This document shows, piece by piece, positions 27,853 through 32,000 of a stretch of 32,000 nucleotides of DNA. Position 1 is the first letter of the stretch, and every line of letters begins with the position of its first letter. This stretch comes from Trichodesmium erythraeum IMS101 (GTDB lineage: Bacteria; Cyanobacteriota; Cyanobacteriia; Cyanobacteriales; Microcoleaceae): assembly GCF_000014265.1 (NCBI RefSeq), contig NC_008312.1, forward strand, positions 3,030,001-3,062,000, read 5' to 3'. The notes under the pieces are model-generated. The model did no database searches, was not told the origin of the DNA, and saw nothing but the letters and a program-made list of their open reading frames with translations. A program made the position numbers and the translations under genes.

Positions 27853-27900
27853 AATAGTTTTAATAGAGGAGTTGCTATTTGCAAAATTTCCTCTTTCTGT
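27853..27900 (+). repeat. Short dispersed hairpin element, copy 2 (aatagttttaatagaggagttgctat...ttcctctttc)
   Basis: See copy 1. Same orientation, ~650 nt upstream of the MEKHLA gene start. Confidence 0.6.
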
Positions 27901-28016
27901 GCATCTGTTTAAATGTCTACTGATTGTCATGATTTTCATTTTGTTATGATTAGGACATCTGTATTCATGTTATTAAATGATACTTTTTATTTAATCTCAC
28001 TTCTTGCTTTTTTGTA

Positions 28017-28697
28017 TCAATTAACTTCCAAATATTTTAAAATTTTTTCTAGCTCATGGTCAAAATTATATAGTAATTTTTCATTAAAAATAAAGTGAAT
28101 ATTCAAATATTTCTGGTGTTTTAAAAATATTTCCATATTATTCATCCAATCATAAATAATAAATATTTGTCGGATTTTTGTTTAAATAAGTTGCTCAATT
28201 AGTTTCATAAACAGTAAAAGAAGGAAAATATCTTTTTACATAATGGGAAAATACAAAATTAGACTAAGAAATTGATACATATCTAGGATCGCAAACAATA
28301 TATATTACTTTGTCAAATTTTTGGATAATAGTTTAAGCATTATCGCTGTTCGGGGAATTAATTTCTACTAGAATAGAGCTATTAATATAATGCTCTATAT
28401 CATCAACTGGATATCTAAATATATTACTTCTTCTGGAAAATACAGCATTTTTTGTAATATCTAAATAATTAATATTAATCTGCTCTTTAAGCTGAACAAT
28501 ATCCCAAGTTTTAGCAACTTGATAATGGGTTGATTTTCAATGAAATTTTTATAGTCAAAATTACTATTATCAATAATAATGGGTTGATTTTCAATGAAAC
28601 TTTTATAGTCAAAATTACTATTATCAATAATATTATGTAAGATTGTATAGAGTCAAAAGTTATCACTTTTAATTAGCCTAGCTTTTAGGATGTGCAT
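28017..28697 (-). pseudogene. Sulfotransferase-like pseudogene (multiple stops and frameshifts)
   Basis: Minus-strand fragments read VAKTWDIVQLKEQININYLDITKNAVFSRRSNIFRYPVDDIEHYINSSILVEINSPNSDNA*, then TIIQKFDKVIYIVCDPRYVSIS* (compare the sulfotransferase motif K.IY..R.P.D..VS), then MEIFLKHQKYLNIHFIFNEKLLYNFDHELEKILKYLEVN*. The family call rests mainly on one motif. Confidence 0.35.
28522..28629 (-). repeat. In-frame 54-bp tandem duplication inside the sulfotransferase-like relic
   Basis: ataatgggttgattttcaatgaaa(t/c)ttttatagtcaaaattactattatcaat occurs at 28522 and 28576. This equals an 18-aa duplication IIDNSNFDYK(S/N)FIENQPI on the minus strand. Confidence 0.85.
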
Positions 28698-28818
28698 AGT
28701 CTTCTCCTGATGAGTTATTAATTCTAGTAAAAGCTATTATTGTTAAACCTATACTTGAGAATTTTGTGGTAAAGTTTATTAAGTTTAGTATTTTTAGATA
28801 TGCATTGAAGTCAATAAT

Positions 28819-29570
28819 TTATCTTGCCTTGTAATAAGGATGTATATCAATGCTACAACCACTATCGACAAAAAGAGTTTGCCCAGTAATATAACCTGCC
28901 TTTTTTGAAAAGAAAAAGTCAATAGTTGCAGCTACGTCTAAAGGTTTACTAAGGTGCTTCATTGGTTTCCCACTTATGCACTGCTTTTCAATTTCACTAC
29001 CAGGTGGAAAAATATCTTGACCCATTTCTGTTTCTATTCTTCCGGGAGTAACAGTATTAACATTTATTTTACTTGATACTAGCTCCAAAGCCTAAGTAGG
29101 AGCTAAACTAATCATTCCTACTTTAGCTACAGTATAACTGGTGAGCTCTTGGGCTCCTAAAGCAGCAATACTGGAAATATTAACTATACGGTCTTACTTT
29201 TTCTCCTTCATTGATGGCAACACTGCTTGAACTGTTTGTATAGCAACAGGCAAATTTAAGTCAATAACTGCTTCACATTTATCTAGTTTTACTTATTCTA
29301 GTGGCTGTGGGTATACTATTGCTACATTATTGACTACTCTATTAAAAAAATACTGCTTGAGTTTAATTAGCCAGAGTTTCTGTTGTGGCATAGCGATCGC
29401 TCAAATTAACTGTGACAAATTCACGAGGGAAGGGTTTTGCTGGAACATGACGTGTTAGGCTAATTACCAGATGTTCTTGTTTGGCAAGTATTCGGCTGTA
29501 GAAAAGCTTATTCCTCGACTTGCAATAGTTCTGAGAATAATATGCTGTTGTGTGATTTTTCTTGAGATTA
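28819..29570 (-). pseudogene. Short-chain dehydrogenase/reductase (SDR, FabG-like) pseudogene
   Basis: The ORF-track 89-aa piece is the SDR C-terminus (VNTVTPG..., ITGQTLFVDSG). Upstream on the same strand the sequence reads VVNNVAIVYPQPLE*VKLDKCEAVIDLNLPVAIQTVQAVLPSMKEKK*DRIVNISSIAALGAQELTSYTVAKVGMISLAPT*, which includes NNAG-like, NISS and YxxxK motifs. Further upstream it reads LRTIASRGISFSTAEYL (TGxxxGIG-like) and then a frameshift. There are at least 3 in-frame stops and at least 1 frameshift. Confidence 0.7.
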
Positions 29571-30022
29571 AAATAATAGTTCTAACTACAAATAGATAAT
29601 TTGGCAGCTTCAGATTAATTTTTGCTCACAAGTAATTCATCGGGAAAATTTGATTATAATTGTGATCTCTACAGATTACATAAACCTTTTTTTAATTCCT
29701 TTAGGTAGTTCAATGGCACTATCCTTTTTTGATTCGAGGTATGTATTCTCAAAAATTTATCTGTTGATTTTAGTTGTATGAAATTTCAAAATGTACTCTC
29801 TAAAAATCAGTAAAAAATGGTTGATCTCAATTAACAATTGAATTAGGATAATTTCAAAAGTTATAGTTTCCAAGTATGAGAGATATTTGGCAGTATCAAT
29901 TGATTTTACAATATTATTTATGAGCTTTTTTTATTACTTCTTATTTCTAATAATCTGTATATTTGCGTTAAAATTTGTGTCGTGCCTTTCTAATTATTTT
30001 TGTGTTTTTATATCAAAATCAA

Positions 30023-31867
30023 ATGAGTAGTTTAAATAAAAAAATTAAAACATTAGTAGATTTATTACAACATAGAGCTATCCAAAACCCGGAAAAAATA
30101 GGTTACAGCTTTTTAATAGATGGAGAAATAGAAACAGTTAACCTTACCTATAAACAACTGGAACAACGTTCACGGGCGATCGCTGCCTATCTCCAGTCAG
30201 TATGTCCACAAGGAGAAGTTGCCCTACTCCTCTATCAACCGGGACTAGAATATATTACCACTTTTTTTGGGTGTCTTTATGCAGGGGTTATAGCAATTCC
30301 TGCCTACCCCCCTAGGCCAAATCGTTCCCTAGACCGGATCCAAACAATTATTAGAGATAGTAAGGCCAAAATAGCTTTGACAACTAAATCTATCATTTCT
30401 AGCCTAGAACCTCGTGCCTCAGAAACTCCAGAATTAGAGAATTTAGGTTGGTTAGCTACTGACCAAATTCCGGACTATTTTGCAGATCAATGGCTTGAAC
30501 CGAATATTAATGAGAATACCCTTGCTTTTCTCCAATATACTTCTGGTTCGACAGCTAAACCTAAAGGGGTAATGATTACCCACCAGAACCTTTTGCATAA
30601 TTCTGGTCTTATTCATCAATGTTTTGGACACTCTGGTGAAAGTAAAGGAGTAATTTGGCTACCTCCTTATCATGACATGGGTTTAATTGGTGGAATATTG
30701 CAACCCTTATATGGGGCTTTTCCTGTCATTCTCATGTCTCCTTTGATGTTTCTCCAAAGTCCAGTGCGCTGGCTAAAAGCTATTTCTCGGTACCAAGGTA
30801 CTACTAGTGGGGGACCAAATTTTGCTTATGATTTGTGTGTCCGTAAAATTAAGCCTGAACAGATACAAACTTTAGACTTAAGTAGTTGGGAAGTAGCTTT
30901 TAATGGTGCAGAACCTATTAGTGCTGAAGTTTTAGAACGATTTACTAATACTTTTTCTGTATGTGGTTTTCGCAGAGAAGCTTTTTATCCTTGTTATGGG
31001 ATGGCTGAGGCTACTTTAATTATTTCTGGGGGTAATAAGTTTTCTCCGCCGGTAGAAACTAAGGTTGCAGCTAGGGCATTGGAAAAAAACCAGATTGTTT
31101 TAGTTTACCCAACAGAAGGAACAAAAACATTAGTGGGTTGTGGTCAAACTTTGCCAGAGCAACAGATTAAGATTGTTCATCCAGAAAAATTAACTCTTTG
31201 TACTGAGGGAGAGGTAGGAGAGATTTGGGTCTCTGGCCCAAGTATTGCTGGGGGTTATTGGCAAAAACCAGAAGCAACGAAGCAGATTTTTGCTGCTTAT
31301 TTAGCTGAAGCACCCGGAAAAGAGCCATTTATGAGAACTGGAGATTTAGGCTTTCTGGAGGCTGGGGAATTATTTGTGACGGGTCGCCTTAAGGATGTAA
31401 TTATTATTAATGGTCGAAATCATTACCCTCAAGATATTGAATGGACAGTGGAGCAAAGCCATCCCCTGATTAGACCAGGTTGTATTGCTAGCTTTTCTGT
31501 AGAAGTTGGAGGAGAAGAACGTTTGGTAGTAGTAGCTGAGGTAGAACGGAAATTTCGTCAACTCCTTGAGAGAAGTCAAAAGTCAAAAATAAAGAGTCAA
31601 AAATATGAATCTACTGATAAATCTGTGGGCTCGGTAGCAGTTGGTTTTTTCAGTGAGCGTAATGGTAAGTCTGAGAATAAAAATTCTGATAATTCTCAAG
31701 ACTTAATTAAATCTATCCAAAGGTCTGTGTCAATAAATCACGATTTACAGATTTATCAAATATTATTGCTTAAACCGGGAGCTATTCCCAAAACTTCTAG
31801 TGGAAAAGTCCAGCGTTATGCTTGTCGCGAAGGTTTTTTAGCTGGAACTCTAAAAATATTTGATTAA
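30023..31867 (+). CDS. Fatty acyl-AMP ligase (FAAL; adenylate-forming enzyme, FadD32-like)
   Basis: N-terminus is typical of FAALs (LVDLLQHRAIQNPEKIGYSFL..LTYKQLEQRSRAIAAYLQ..LLLYQPGLEYITTFFGCLYAGVIAIPAYPPRPNRSLDRIQ). AMP-binding core FLQYTSGSTAKPKGVMITH. Also YGMAEATL, TGDLGF and the C-terminal PKTSSGKVQR. I prefer the ATG at 30023 (614 aa) over the TTG at 29975. Confidence 0.9.
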   Translation: MSSLNKKIKTLVDLLQHRAIQNPEKIGYSFLIDGEIETVNLTYKQLEQRSRAIAAYLQSVCPQGEVALLLYQPGLEYITTFFGCLYAGVIAIPAYPPRPNRSLDRIQTIIRDSKAKIALTTKSIISSLEPRASETPELENLGWLATDQIPDYFADQWLEPNINENTLAFLQYTSGSTAKPKGVMITHQNLLHNSGLIHQCFGHSGESKGVIWLPPYHDMGLIGGILQPLYGAFPVILMSPLMFLQSPVRWLKAISRYQGTTSGGPNFAYDLCVRKIKPEQIQTLDLSSWEVAFNGAEPISAEVLERFTNTFSVCGFRREAFYPCYGMAEATLIISGGNKFSPPVETKVAARALEKNQIVLVYPTEGTKTLVGCGQTLPEQQIKIVHPEKLTLCTEGEVGEIWVSGPSIAGGYWQKPEATKQIFAAYLAEAPGKEPFMRTGDLGFLEAGELFVTGRLKDVIIINGRNHYPQDIEWTVEQSHPLIRPGCIASFSVEVGGEERLVVVAEVERKFRQLLERSQKSKIKSQKYESTDKSVGSVAVGFFSERNGKSENKNSDNSQDLIKSIQRSVSINHDLQIYQILLLKPGAIPKTSSGKVQRYACREGFLAGTLKIFD

Positions 31868-32000
31868 AGAAAATGTTTAGGGGCTACATACAAATCAGAA
31901 TTCAGAAGCCACAAGGAAGGGGCAAAGTTAGAGCTTAGAAGTATTCCCTAAGTGGGCTTGAGGATTTATAAATTTCGGCGCCTTGTTGCAGTAGTACTAT

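Noticed and set aside
27913-28098. 61-aa ORF on the plus strand
   Set aside because: It is antisense to the sulfotransferase-like relic and has F/L/I/S-rich noise composition.
28819-29088. 89-aa ORF as an independent intact gene
   Set aside because: It is only the C-terminal third of an SDR. The remaining two-thirds continue upstream in the same strand with stops and frameshifts, so I call the whole a pseudogene.
29975-30022. TTG start extending the FAAL by 16 aa
   Set aside because: The extension MCRAFLIIFVFLYQNQ is noise-like. The ATG at 30023 precedes the conserved FAAL N-terminus.
31370-31579. 69-aa ORF on the minus strand
   Set aside because: Shadow ORF antisense within the FAAL CDS.
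31874-31952. Short ORF MFRGYIQIRIQKPQGRGKVRA* after the FAAL
   Set aside because: It has 21 codons, no motif and no SD. It does not resemble an ACP or any expected downstream partner.

Overview
The window is a visibly AT-rich cyanobacterial chromosome segment. Evidence for cyanobacterial origin: HIP1 GCGATCGC sites, a cphB-cphA cyanophycin pair, an HLIP gene, a FurA-type regulator and a group-2 sigma factor. By my own calls only about 14.6 kb of 32 kb (~45%) is intact coding sequence. The rest is long ORF-free spacers, decayed genes and mobile-element relics. This pattern fits a Trichodesmium-like genome, which is an inference and was not searched.

Intact genes:
- group-2 sigma factor (-)
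- lipA (-)
- fur (+), convergent with a multi-repeat peptidoglycan-binding protein (-)
- trmD (-)
- cphB and cphA (+)
- an 862-aa PstS-like/TM/3x repeat-domain protein (+)
- a 153-aa hypothetical (+)
- a TPR protein (+)
- a MEKHLA-domain protein (-)
- a fatty-acyl-AMP ligase (+)
- two small genes below the ORF-track cutoff: a 47-aa HLIP at 17084-17227 (-) and a 58-aa two-helix membrane protein at 8599-8775 (-)

Relics:
- a group II intron reverse-transcriptase fragment
- at least five IS1-like zinc-ribbon transposase fragments
- a sulfotransferase-like pseudogene
- an SDR pseudogene

Most interesting signal: an 8-copy, 216-bp tandem array at 23361-25084.
- The first 107 nt of every unit are identical in all copies. 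This core holds a 14-22 codon hydrophobic mini-ORF plus a hairpin and T-run.
- All 12 polymorphic sites fall in the promoter-like second half of the unit.
- A 648-bp higher-order repeat is superimposed on the array.
- Each unit therefore looks like a self-contained mini-gene or sRNA cassette.

Second: the 862-aa protein joins a periplasmic substrate-binding domain, through one TM helix, to three cytoplasmic copies of an uncharacterised (DUF4912-like) domain.
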